Part shown: positions 21,828 through 32,305 of the stretch, in pieces | How positions within the stretch are numbered: the stretch's first letter is position 1 | Layout: the number at the start of each line of letters is the position of its first letter | Assembly: GCA_002269645.1 (NCBI GenBank) | Contig: NIVC01003141.1 | Coordinates: 1 to 44,456 of the forward strand | Reading direction: 5' to 3' | Length of the DNA stretch: 44,456 bases | Source of the DNA: Macrostomum lignano | Lineage: Eukaryota | The notes under the pieces: model-generated | Databases searched by the model: none | What the model was told of the DNA's origin: nothing | The model's input: the letters and a program-made list of their open reading frames with translations, nothing else | Made by a program: the position numbers and the translations under genes

Positions 21828-23720
21828 GGCAGAAGGAGATGACTCAGAAAGTATACTTAATCAGTTTGCAAATTATTTTTTCATTTTAGAATTCAGGTTT
21901 AGGCTTTATTACATGAGAGAGAACTGGCCCATCAAAGGGAGTAAAATAAGCTTTGTCTTTAAACTACAGCTTCAATCACTTTAATCATTTTAATCACTTT
22001 GCAAAAAAGCAAAGGGATCGTTTTTTAATTTAAACACTGCCTAAATTGGCTGGGTTTGGACTACACCTAGGGCCCTAAGGCCTAAAGCATCTTTAGCTAG
22101 TTTTTCGTCAACTCGTCGACGTCAAGGCGAACCGAGAAAGTCGTTATTTCCATTCTCTTTCGCCTTTTTGCTAATGAATTTCAAAGGCCTGGATCTGGAT
22201 GCTTTGCATGAGCACCTTGTGTGTGGGCCAGGCCAAGAGACGAAAGCCGGGTCCGCGGGAGCCTTTTTTGGCAGTTTAAAGCCAGTTTGGGAATAAAAAT
22301 GATGACGAGATGTCGCGAATCAAGCAGAAAGAAATCTATCTAGGTCTAATCTGTCAGGAAATCAGAACAAAAGCGATGAGAACTGCAGCTGAAGGACGGA
22401 TTTATGGACACCCCCCAGGACTAATTATAGGAATTGTAGTAATTTAGTAATTTGTTATAATCGTTTAACATCACGAACAATTATGTTTTTTCGTCCTTAC
22501 ATGTACATGTACTTGACAACTAGGAAGATATGATTTGAAATTTAATTAATGCACTGCACAGTGGGGGTCCCAAGGAGCTTACCATTTGAACTAACTGCTG
22601 TTCGACACTACTCTGACGCCCCATCTCGAGTTAGGCTAAAGCTGCATTCGATTTGAGACTGGCGCCCGCGGCACATGAGCTACGTACATGTATATATAGG
22701 AACTTGAGAAAGATTTGCACAACATACAAATGGAATCAGTATCCCTTTTGTATAATTGGATTAAGTTTCTCTTAAACGTGACACGTGTTTTACGAGAGTG
22801 GACGACTACGTGTGTACACGGAACAGCTAGAACAGATGGTAAAACTTTCCTGTATTTAATTAACTAGGCTTGCTACATTTATTTTACGAATACAATCTGC
22901 ATCTGCTTGGACTGCAAATACTCTAGAGATAATGCATTTTGAAGAAATATTATAGCGGCGTTAAAATAAAATTTTCCATAATTATGAAACGCTGCATCCA
23001 CGACAGTGCCCTTGCCATGTCACTTCTATAGCAGCTAAACTTATTAGAATTCAGCTTTGTTACATTAATATTTTCGGCAACTACTTAAATGTACTTAATA
23101 TTTACAGAGTATTCTCGTAGTACTTTACAGCTGCTGTTTTTGGCAGCAAATTTTGTGATCCTTCCTTCATAGATAACAGGAAGTCCAATTGGCGCAACAA
23201 CGTTTGTTGACCGGAGAAAGTTTTCTTTAACAAGTTCGACTGCACTTGGAGACATTCAAACATTTGGAGACGGATAGCTAGCTCTCTGGTCAAATCGCTC
23301 TGGGACTGTAATTCGAAATGAGCACTAAAATGTATCGAATGCCTACAACGGAAGCCATTCATTATTAAGCTTTACTTCTGTCTAAGATTTTTGGGCGTGG
23401 CAGTCTGGAAATCAATTACAGCATACAAAAATATTGATAAATTATCAAGGACTTAATTCAACAAATTTTTATAGAGTAAAAGTTTAGAGAAAGGGATTAC
23501 GCCGTTTAAATTTAAGCTCTGGACCCTTTTAATGGATTACTGAATTGGAAACTTTTTGTAATATTGCGCTTTCTTTCGCCCATCAGATTCTGCAGAGCTC
23601 TGAGGATTGAACAATCAATTTTCCAAACATTTCTAAAGCCGCCTAAAGTATGTGCTTAGGTCATTAACTAGCGTTTACATCCGGGAACTGCAAGCGTCAG
23701 TGTTCGAGCGGATCTGATGT

Positions 23721-23814
23721 ACCTGCTGAAAGTGTGCCTGCATGATAGAGCAGGTGTTTTAAGAGCAGGTAATTACCTGCTGAAAGTGTGCCTGCATGAT
23801 AGAGCAGGTGTTTT
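23721..23814. repeat. Exact 40-bp direct repeat (2 copies, 14-bp spacer); each copy is a hairpin ACCTGCT…AGCAGGT
   Basis: ACCTGCTGAAAGTGTGCCTGCATGATAGAGCAGGTGTTTT at 23721 and 23775. Confidence 0.85.
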
Positions 23815-24127
23815 ACCATCATTCGATGGAAATGATTAAGCCGTACTTTGACAGATTTTTAATTAAACTGCAATCAATTCTTTTATGTTTGATTCAAGAT
23901 TCACAGAGAACAATAAAACAATTAAAATGAATCTTCAATATGCTGATTGGCATGAATACACGCATGAATTCAATTTGTCAGTTTCAATTCAAATTTGATA
24001 ATTGGACAACAGCGAATACTTATTAACCAAATTAACTTTATCAAACAGTTCTGTCACAGGCTTCTATAAAAATTATTAATATTATGTTATTTGATAGAAA
24101 TTCACAGGCTTTCTCGCCCAATCTATC

Positions 24128-24506
24128 ATGAGTGAGTGAGTGAGTGAGTAAGTGAGTGAGTGAGTGAGTGAGTGAGTGAGTGAGTGAGTGAGTGAGTGAG
24201 TGAGTGAGTGAGTGAGTGAGTGAGTGAGTGAGTGAGTGAGTGAGTGAGTGAGTGAGTGAGTGAGTGAGTGAGTGAGTGAGTGAGTGAGTGAGTGAGTGAG
24301 TGAGTGAGTGAGTGAGTGAGTGAGTGAGTGAGTGAGTGAGTGAGTGAGTGAGTGAGTGAGTGAGTCAGTCAGTCAGTCAGTCAGTCAGTCAGTCAGTCAG
24401 TCAGTCAGTCAGTCAGTCAGTCAGTCAGTCAGTCAGTCAGTCAGTCAGTCAATCAGTCAGTCAGTCAGTCAGTCAGTCAGTCAGTCAGTCAGTCAGTCAG
24501 TCAGTC
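24128..24506. repeat. Compound microsatellite (TGAG)~59 followed by (TCAG)~36
   Basis: Seen directly; the switch is at ~24364. Confidence 0.97.
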
Positions 24507-25690
24507 AACAATCCGTTGCCGCTGCGGTGAAGTTGGTGACTGCGAGTGACTTGTCGAGATCAGCGAAGACAGCTGGCTGCCGAAGGCATCCGGGCGCAGG
24601 CGGCAGCTGAGCTCCAGGTTCTCGGTGGACAGGGCCGCGGCCTCGCCAGCAGCACCTCTGGCTCTGTTGATGTCGATGTCGTAGGGCCGGTAGCCACGGC
24701 AGCTGGGCGCGGATGAGCCGCAGATAATGCGACTTCTGGCGGCCGCTGGTTGCCGTCCGGAGCAGTGAGCCAGCAGGGCTCTACGAAACAGCCTGGTGGT
24801 GCTCACGTACACCAGGAAGTTCACCAGACTGTCGAGCTGGGTCAGCAAATTCACAGAGCGCACCAGAACGGAATTCTTCAGCCGGATGTAGGCGAACACG
24901 GCGGTCGGGAGCTCCAGGGCGGCGAACGCGAAGGCCAACAGGATGACAACGCGAGCCGCGTGCTTGTCGCGACGGGCTAGCGCGGAGGGACGCGTCAACT
25001 TGTGCGAGCAGCCTGCGCGGCCTTGGCCTTGGCCGCCTCCAGCAGCTCCCGAGCACTGCTGCGGACGCTTCCTCAGTCGATCAGCGATGAGCAACCGGAG
25101 ACGAGCACCAATAGGAACGGTACCGAGGTCTGCAGAGTGTAGAACACGGTGGCGTACTTGGTGACCAGGTGCGACTCAGTGCAGGCCGAGTCCAACTCGC
25201 TAATGATGGCCAGCGGCAGGATGGGAGCGGCCAACAGGCCGAAGGTCAGCATTGATCGGCGACCTTTCAAGATGGCCTCGCCAGTTTTAGCGGATATCGG
25301 ACGAATGACGGCGTTGAGACGCGAGATGGCGATCACTACGACAGTCCAGTTGCGCATGGTCAGAAACGCTCGCAGGCAGCAGCCGATGACCAGCCGGGAC
25401 GCCCCGTGTTCGACTCCGCAAGTCAGGCGAATCATTCTTCTTGCACCTAATCCGGCCAGTTCGAAGCAGACGTTGAGTCCGATGCTAAAGTTGAACAGGA
25501 GCTCGAATACGCTCAGGTAGCTAAGCAGATGACGAACTGTGGCGCTCATCTCGCGACTGCCAACTGTCTGGAAGAGGAATAGAGCGTAGCCGCTCTGGAC
25601 CAGGTTCAGTGCCCCCAGTCCAAGAAATGCACCGTTGAACAGCGAGCTGACAACGGCATCATGCGGAGAGTTTGAAGAGTTTGTTGCCAT
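24501..25690 (-). CDS. Intronless rhodopsin-class (class A) orphan/peptide-receptor-like GPCR, ~396 aa, with one apparent 1-bp frameshift at ~25093
   Basis: ORF 25690-25073 gives TM1-TM5 (TM3 [19 protein letters not shown]); ORF 25094-24501 gives TM6-TM7 ([18 protein letters not shown]; [10 protein letters not shown]…FRRAL). N-terminal N-glycosylation sequon NSS. Restoring one base in GGTTG joins both ORFs. Confidence 0.85.
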
Positions 25691-26822
25691 CGGGTTTGAC
25701 TTTTGATTGATTTATTCCTATAAACTGCAGTCTTGAATTGGAATGCGGCCAGTTTCAACTTATGTAGGGCTGGGATTGAGGACTCAAATACAGACAGCCT
25801 TGCATCCGTTTGGCCTCACCATTCACTGTTAGTTTGATCCAGTTATTGGGTTTGAGCTGCTGGGCCAATCGTAATTGGCTCGATCGCATCTGTGAGCCGA
25901 CTCACCTAGACAAGGAAGACAATTATGCTGGCTACGTGACTACTGATTACTCGTAGTAAGGCTCACATTTCAGCTTAACAGTGCCGTAGAGGCAGGCTAG
26001 TGGGCTGAATGGCGTGCCGGTTTAAACGAGTAGCACAGTTGCTTTTTTGATTTTCAAATGGGCCGCGTTTAAAAGCATCAATAAAAGGCATCCAACGGGC
26101 GAGCCTGTTTTGGGTGTGGTGTCACGGAATGATCTCTTCCTTGCTCGACCAAGGAAAATGATCACGGAATAATAGTTGAAGGATGTCGCATCGCAATGCC
26201 GCAATGCCTACGACATCGAAATCGTGTGGCAAACAGCGCTGATGCAATTGTGCACATTCTGAGGAGTCCTGAGCAGATACTGTAGACCAAGAACCACTAG
26301 AAGTTACGGTTGTATCAGAACGTAACACTTTCTTGTTTGCATTTCAGCTGAACTTTAAGTATATGATAATAGTATATTACGGCGCCCTCTGATTTTCCCA
26401 TTAACGCCCTTAAAGCATGGGTATTACTATTATTGTTCCATGGACATTTGTGTCCTTGACAAAGTGGGACAGGAAATACGAGTAGAAAGGGGGTGTGGGG
26501 GCGAAGCCATCACCAAAAGCCATAGACAAAACACGAAATAAGAATTTTTGCTGTAGTACAGTACTAACTTAAGAAGAGAAGAGAATAGAGTATACTTGTA
26601 TACTGTATAGAGAATACGAGCGTAGAATAGAATAGAGAATTGAAACTTATCGCACCACAGACCACAGAATATACTGTGCCATACTGTATATTCTGTGCCA
26701 CAGACTGCATACGGTTTGACTAAGACAAAACTAGATCTAGAAGCATGATCAACTATAGCAGTATCGCAGAGAGCGTGATAAGTGGATTGAATGCTGATGA
26801 ATTGGAATTTGTAACTCATTAA

Positions 26823-27068
26823 TCTGCTGGACGCTGCCATGAATCGGCTGTCTCACAATACGACGGACTTCCATCGGTCGACTCGAGACGCATCAACGAG
26901 TTCCTTCTGAACGTGACGGAGTTTCCTGAAGTGGACGAGACGGACCTCCAGGAGATAACTAATCTGGAGAAGGCTGCCGTTGTACAATCAACAGAGAAGC
27001 AGACGGACATCTACTCTAGAAGACTGAAGGCTTTTCTGAGTGAAAGAGGTCTTTCAATTATGTAGCAG
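26823..27068 (+). mobile_element. Possible N-terminal fragment of a Crypton-type (DUF3504/tyrosine recombinase) transposon protein
   Basis: 80-codon open frame not in the ORF track (no start codon): …FPEVDETDLQEITNLEKAAVVQSTEKQTDIYSRRLKAFLSERGLSIM*, followed by CAG|GTAAG. It resembles the recalled Crypton/KCTD1 N-terminal pattern F..sEeel..l…nT.KqT.wa…f..wl.er. Confidence 0.4.
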
Positions 27069-28382
27069 GTAAGTTTAACTGCTGAATTGATTAAATTGAC
27101 TCTATTGATTGAATTAAATTGACAATTGTTGTTTTGTTTTTGTTGCATTTATGTTCTAGTTTTCACATGTTTCATGCTGAGTCGTTCTACAAATAAAGCG
27201 GTCGTGTAACTGCCCACTAATTTGCATTAAAGTAAGTTTGACATAGACAATTTGTTCGATATTTCTTTCCTGCAAGCGTTTCCTCCTGCTTTCCTGCCAG
27301 TTTATGGCATTAAAAGGCAAGAATAAGTGTCCAGCGGGCACAAAGGTCATGGTACAATCGCCATTAAATAAGCATTCTTTGGTCAGAACGTCCGAGGCTG
27401 CATTTACGCTCGTAATGGTCCCGAGGCGAGCGAAGCGAGCCGAGGACCAATGAGTGGGGCCAAGGACATTCTGACCAGGACAGCTTAATTTAAGGGCTAT
27501 TATTTTATATGAAATCATATCGCTTTTTTGGAATATTCCACCTGACAGAGCCCCCGCTGGGGGTGTGAAGCCCCCGCTGGGGGTGTGAAGCCGCCACAAT
27601 TGAACCATAAACTTTTATGTAGAATTTCTCAAAACAGCTTAGAATTCTCATACAGTCTTAAATCTTTCTGGCGGGTCAAAGACAATGTTTTAGTAGGGAT
27701 TTTCTTAAGACAGTCGGCAAGTGAAAGAATGTCTAAAATGGAGAGAAGCGAGTACGACAAAATTAGTCTAACTGCTTTAGCGAGGATTCGTGCTGTTCTA
27801 TTTGCTATGTATGGCGCTGAGGAAGTCGTTGAATTCTTTGATTTCTTCAGCTCATTTGAGAATTCACCTACAGCTGATGCGGTGCGTCCATCTTTACCTT
27901 CGACAAGCCGTGTGGGTGAGCTGCTTGATTCGACCGACTTGGAGTGCCAGGATGTCTGAGAATCATCGGTCCCTCTGCCAAGGTGGTTGATGGTCTTGGA
28001 TTGCGTCCAGTGCTTCACAAGGCATCTCTGGTCCAGAAGAAAACCTGAGCAACGGTCCCACCGGTGAGCTTGTCGCGTCTGATGAGTCTTGTGAGTCCTC
28101 TAATGCACACGGAGTGAAGTCTATTGTCATTGGCAGTCCTATAAAATTGAAATCCTGTTGAGTGCGTGCAGACTTTTTGAAGCTAGCATGGGAAACTATT
28201 GAGAAGAAGCATGAGTTATGCGTTATTCGTAGTCTGTTTTTCTTGTTTTCTATTTGCGACATCAGATACACATTAATAGTTTATTAATCTATGGTACAAC
28301 TAGTCTTTTCCCGAGACCATTAAATCATTTAATGGGCTCCGTTTGAAGACCATTAAATGATATAGAAGTAGTTGTGCCATAG

Positions 28383-29388
28383 TGTAGTGATCCGCTAGTT
28401 GAGGTTAGGCGTCCCACTTTGTCAGCAGTCTCCCTCGCCCTCGCCCTGGGCTGCTGTCTGCCGCTGGTCAGCTTCCCGCCCCCTTTGCCCGTCTGTTGCT
28501 GTCCTTGGCCTGTTCTGCCCTTCTGCGTCTCCGTTCTCAGCCCCCAGTCTCTCGACTTTGGGTTGTTTCTGTTTCGCTTCCGTCCAGTTTTTCCCTGTCT
28601 TGTGAGCTAGTCACATGACAGTTCTTGCGTTCTTTGAGTCCTAAAGTGCAGTAAACATGTTTACTGCACTTGCTGGCCCTGTTTACCGGGGAGTCACATG
28701 CTTCGGTACCCTCCCTTCTCTAAGGAGAGGAGTGACTCATGTTGCTAAAAATAGCAACTGAGTCACAGCCGTGTGCACTCTGCCGGGGGACCCCAAGTGA
28801 CGTCAGTTCTAAAAATAGAACGAGTCACGGGGTCCGTGCGCAAAGGGACTCTGCCCAGAGGCCATGAGTGACGTCAGTTCTAGAAATAGAACAAGTCACG
28901 AGATCTTGTGCAATGGGTCATAGGTGGATCCCGCGCTATAAATAGGAGCACTCTCCCCCTTGTTTCCGTCAAGGAGTTCTGTGCTAGCCGTCTTTCTGTC
29001 CAACCTTGAGTTCTACGTGACTGAGTCCCGAGTGTCTGAGTCTTTGCGTACATTGAATCTATTCCTATTGGTCCGACTGAGACCCGACCAAGCCAACCCA
29101 AGCCTACGAGAGGCTAACTTAGCCCTCCCTTTACCATCCAAGCCCGGCAGGTACTGCTGACGAGACGCCTAGTACGTTGAGCTGCAATTCTGCACTTTGT
29201 GCTGTGTTCGTTGACTTCGTTATTTCGTTCCGACGGGAAGCTCACCTCCCCGAAGGCCGAGACCTGAAGGAACTGGTGGCAGCATTACCTACGCTACTGA
29301 GAGTTGAGAGAACTTCCCACTGAAGAGGCTCGAGTCTTAAGGTAATCTTAAGTGCCTAAACCGGGAAGAAAACCCCATAAGCATTTCA
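28383..29388 (+). mobile_element. Long terminal repeat (~1006 bp, TG…CA) of an LTR retrotransposon; 5' LTR with the internal region lost
   Basis: Starts TGTAGTGA and ends CATTTCA, 1 nt before a primer-binding site. TATA at 28937. No second LTR and no gag/pol in the window. The 5' boundary is less certain than the 3' boundary. Confidence 0.8.
28646..28945 (+). promoter_or_regulatory. LTR U3 enhancer/promoter: forkhead palindrome, three AP-1/CRE-MEF2 palindromic modules, TATA box
   Basis: GTGCAGTAAACA|TGTTTACTGCAC (28646-28669); modules at 28732-28766, 28797-28828 and 28868-28899; CTATAAATAG at 28936-28945. Confidence 0.65.
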
Positions 29389-29389
29389 C

Positions 29390-29412
29390 TGGTGGCAGCG
29401 GTGGGATTCGAA
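29390..29412 (+). other. Primer-binding site complementary to the 3' end of tRNA-Leu
   Basis: TGGTGGCAGCGGTGGGATTCGAA is the reverse complement of TTCGAATCCCACCGCTGCCA-CCA, the 3' end of eukaryotic tRNA-Leu(AAG/TAG) including CCA. Confidence 0.92.
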
Positions 29413-29516
29413 GACCTACCAGGCCACCCCGAGAAAACCAAAAGTACTTCACATAGACTATTGATTCCTTGCTGCACGAAGGCGCCCATTAAACGTCAAT
29501 TAAGTATATGTTATTC

Positions 29517-29816
29517 CCATGGAGGAAAGAATAGAATGGAGTGCTAATCTGAGCAAGTTATTTTTATCTCGCTCGATTTTCGCTTTTAACATCCCTTTAC
29601 TATTGGCTGAAAGCATATTTTGATGCGAGCTCGAACTATGCTGGGCCAGACCTTTTAGAGGGGAACGAAAGCGAAAACGAGACGAAAAATACTTTGTCTC
29701 TGGCAGTCACGAGCCAATAGGAAAGAACGGGGGGAAAGGGATGTTAAAAGCGAAAATCGAGCGAGATAAAAATAACGTGCTCAGATTAGCACTCCATTCT
29801 ATTCTTTCCTCCATGG
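29517..29816. mobile_element. 300-bp MITE with ~82-bp TIRs beginning CCATGGAGGAAAGAATAG
   Basis: Arms 29517-29598 and 29735-29816 are reverse complements with 1 mismatch, plus inner CTATTGGCT/AGCCAATAG. Superfamily not assigned. Confidence 0.85.
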
Positions 29817-30699
29817 TTATTACGTGATGGAGTGGTTTCGAGTCGTCATGCGATGATGAATGAGTTGGAGTTGAATTTGCAACTGAATAAAGCGACACCT
29901 GAAAATATTTTAATGACGAAAGTGCAGTTCTTCGTTCGTTCTTTGTTTCTTACACGTTATTTCGTTCAAAAAGAAATTCCAAAGTAAAAATAAATTTCTT
30001 TCGCATCAAATAAATGCTTTTCTTAGTCTATGACCGGGCCTAACTGGGTAATAAATAAGCAATCGGATTTTATATGCTAATATGTCTGGATCAGTTGCAC
30101 ATAAAATATACTTTTTCGCCACGCTTTGTGAGTTTTATTTCTCTTTTAAGATGACACAAAATTTATTTACGAGCTACATGTATCTACATGTGGGACATGT
30201 GGGTTAAACTTCTGTGGCACAAAGTTAGTGCATGTTTCTTTTAAGCAGTTGAATAGAATGCTTTTTTGAAGACAACAGTCGCCAAATACGTAAAGGGCGG
30301 GCTTTCAAATAGCTTCTAGCGGTCCATGAGTCACCGATAGAGGCTTTTTGCAGCCGGGAGAAGCCTTTAAAAATGAACTGATAAATTTTTTCTAATTTTA
30401 GAATCAAACGAAAAATAGTAAAGTGACTCGGCTTTTCATAGAAACAATGCTTATTGACGGTTTTTTATTTTACTTTAAAAAATTAATTAATAATAGTTCT
30501 GCTGATCATTAAGCCTCTGCTTGGAATAAATCTGACTCAATGCAGTCCACAGTTAATATCTTATCTATTAAGTTTAGCACTAGACCCTCTTCGAAAATAT
30601 TTATACCTTTCTTGAGAAGCACTTACAGCTCTTGGACTGGGCTTTCTGTCGCGCATCAGAATTTCCTTTGAGTTGACGAGAGAGAAGGCGGGACAGTTC

Positions 30700-31039
30700 T
30701 CTTCATCCCTTTTATCCCGAATCCCAACAAAATTGAGTGAAGCCCGTCGACTGAAGATTATCTTTCAGCCAGTCGGGGCATCTGAAGAGACGGCGGAAAT
30801 ATGAATGACAGTGATCTAGGCAGCACTGCAGCTTGATGGACTTCAAAAAGAAAAAGAATAACCTTTTGGTGCATTCCAAAGCGGAAACAGAATTGCTTAT
30901 TCATCATTGGGCGAATGAATCTCCCAAAGTAAAATGGATATTGACTAGATATTTGATTTTCATATTTGACCGGCTTCCGGGATGCTACTTGCCTCCCCTC
31001 GCTTGAAAGCTCAATGATAGCCTCATTCATTTTTACCAA
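30700..31039 (-). pseudogene. Possible decayed PIF/Harbinger-type transposase N-terminus
   Basis: MMNKQFCFRFGMHQKVILFLFE…IFPPSLQM, then after a shift QSTGFTQF, parallels the recalled Harbinger pattern (l.d.eF..rFRM.k.tF..L…lsp..ql…f.atG.fq). Weak and recognised by eye only. Confidence 0.3.
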
Positions 31040-31267
31040 AGAATGCGTACCAAGATCCCAAGAATCTTGAGGAGCGATAAATTGACTGTTGTAGCGCTGC
31101 GTGTTTCAAGTAGTCTGGTGGCTTGATCTTAAAAATGTCTTCACGTTTAGATTATCACTGATACGACGGAAATGTCCCAGATACAACAGTTTCACAGATA
31201 CTTCAGAGCCACCGATACATCAATGGGACAAAATACGCTAATTTCACAGGCCCTCAAGTGTCATAGG

Positions 31268-31470
31268 TGATGCGTCAGTTTCACAGATGATGCGTCAGTG
31301 TCAAAGATACGTCAGTGTCACAGATGATACACAGTCACAGATGATAAATCAGTCTCACAGATATTCATACGTCAGTGTCACAGATGATACATCAGTGTCA
31401 CAGATGATACATCAGTGTCACAGATGATAAGTCAGTGTCAGTTGATAAGCCAGTGCCAATGTCACAGATC
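31268..31470. repeat. Degenerate ~20-bp tandem repeat (CAGTGTCACAGATGATACAT), ~10 copies
   Basis: Seen directly. Confidence 0.85.
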
Positions 31471-32205
31471 GTTGATTTAATAGCATTTCAGATAGCATTT
31501 TCTATTTTTCAGATGATTAATTTTGAACGAATAAAGTTCGTTTTGTACGATTAGAACTTTTTCGGCAATTATTTGCAAGAAAACTACTCGTGGCTGTATT
31601 ACACTCACTCCTTCGCAGTGCACTGCATACATTTTGAGAACAACAACAACAATTTAATCTTAGAATGTTACCACATCTACCCCATCTACTAAACGCCGCC
31701 AAACTGCAGCAAAGAGCCACAGAATGGCTACCCCTCTGGTTGCTAGCCCGCCACCCTGTCGAGTTTACCCATAGCCTTGAGTGCTTGTCGGGCAGTCTAA
31801 GGACAGTTTATCTCGTATCAAATCTGAATTTGCTACTCATTTGGCCAGCCTTATCGCTGCCGCCGCTGCAGTGGCGATATTCACCTCTCCTTTTTTAATT
31901 CAATTGAAACCGAGTGCTTCATAAGAGTCTTTCTCTGGCCCGAGTCTCCTCACCTGTAGCCGCCTCAGCTCAGCTCGAATAGACTCAAACGCGTGCATAA
32001 ACATTTTCTTGCACTTAATAACTTGTACGTGACTGGACTCTGGCAGGTATTCGGTCCATCTTGTCTTTTGCTCTCTCTCTATTTCTCTACCCATTATTCT
32101 CTCTCGCTCATGGCGCGACCGATGTGAATTAGAGAAAAAAGAGCAATCGTGCTGCAGAATTTCATAACTGCACATTATCAGTCTAAATTTAATGTGCCCG
32201 CCTAC

Positions 32206-32207
<2 letters not shown>

Positions 32208-32268
<61 letters not shown>

Positions 32269-32270
32269 TC
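32208..32270. repeat. (CT)n microsatellite
   Basis: Seen directly. Confidence 0.95.
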
Positions 32271-32291
32271 TTCACTTTCTCACCCAGAGAT

Positions 32292-32305
32292 ATCACCATA
32301 GCAAC
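32292..32305. promoter_or_regulatory. Candidate RFX X-box
   Basis: ATCACCATAGCAAC matches GTYNCYATRGYAAC at 13 of 14 positions, ~1 kb upstream of the first predicted NWD exon. Confidence 0.35.

Noticed and set aside
23102-23362. 86-aa ORF and an alternative interrupted frame
   Set aside because: No recognisable motif or splice context.
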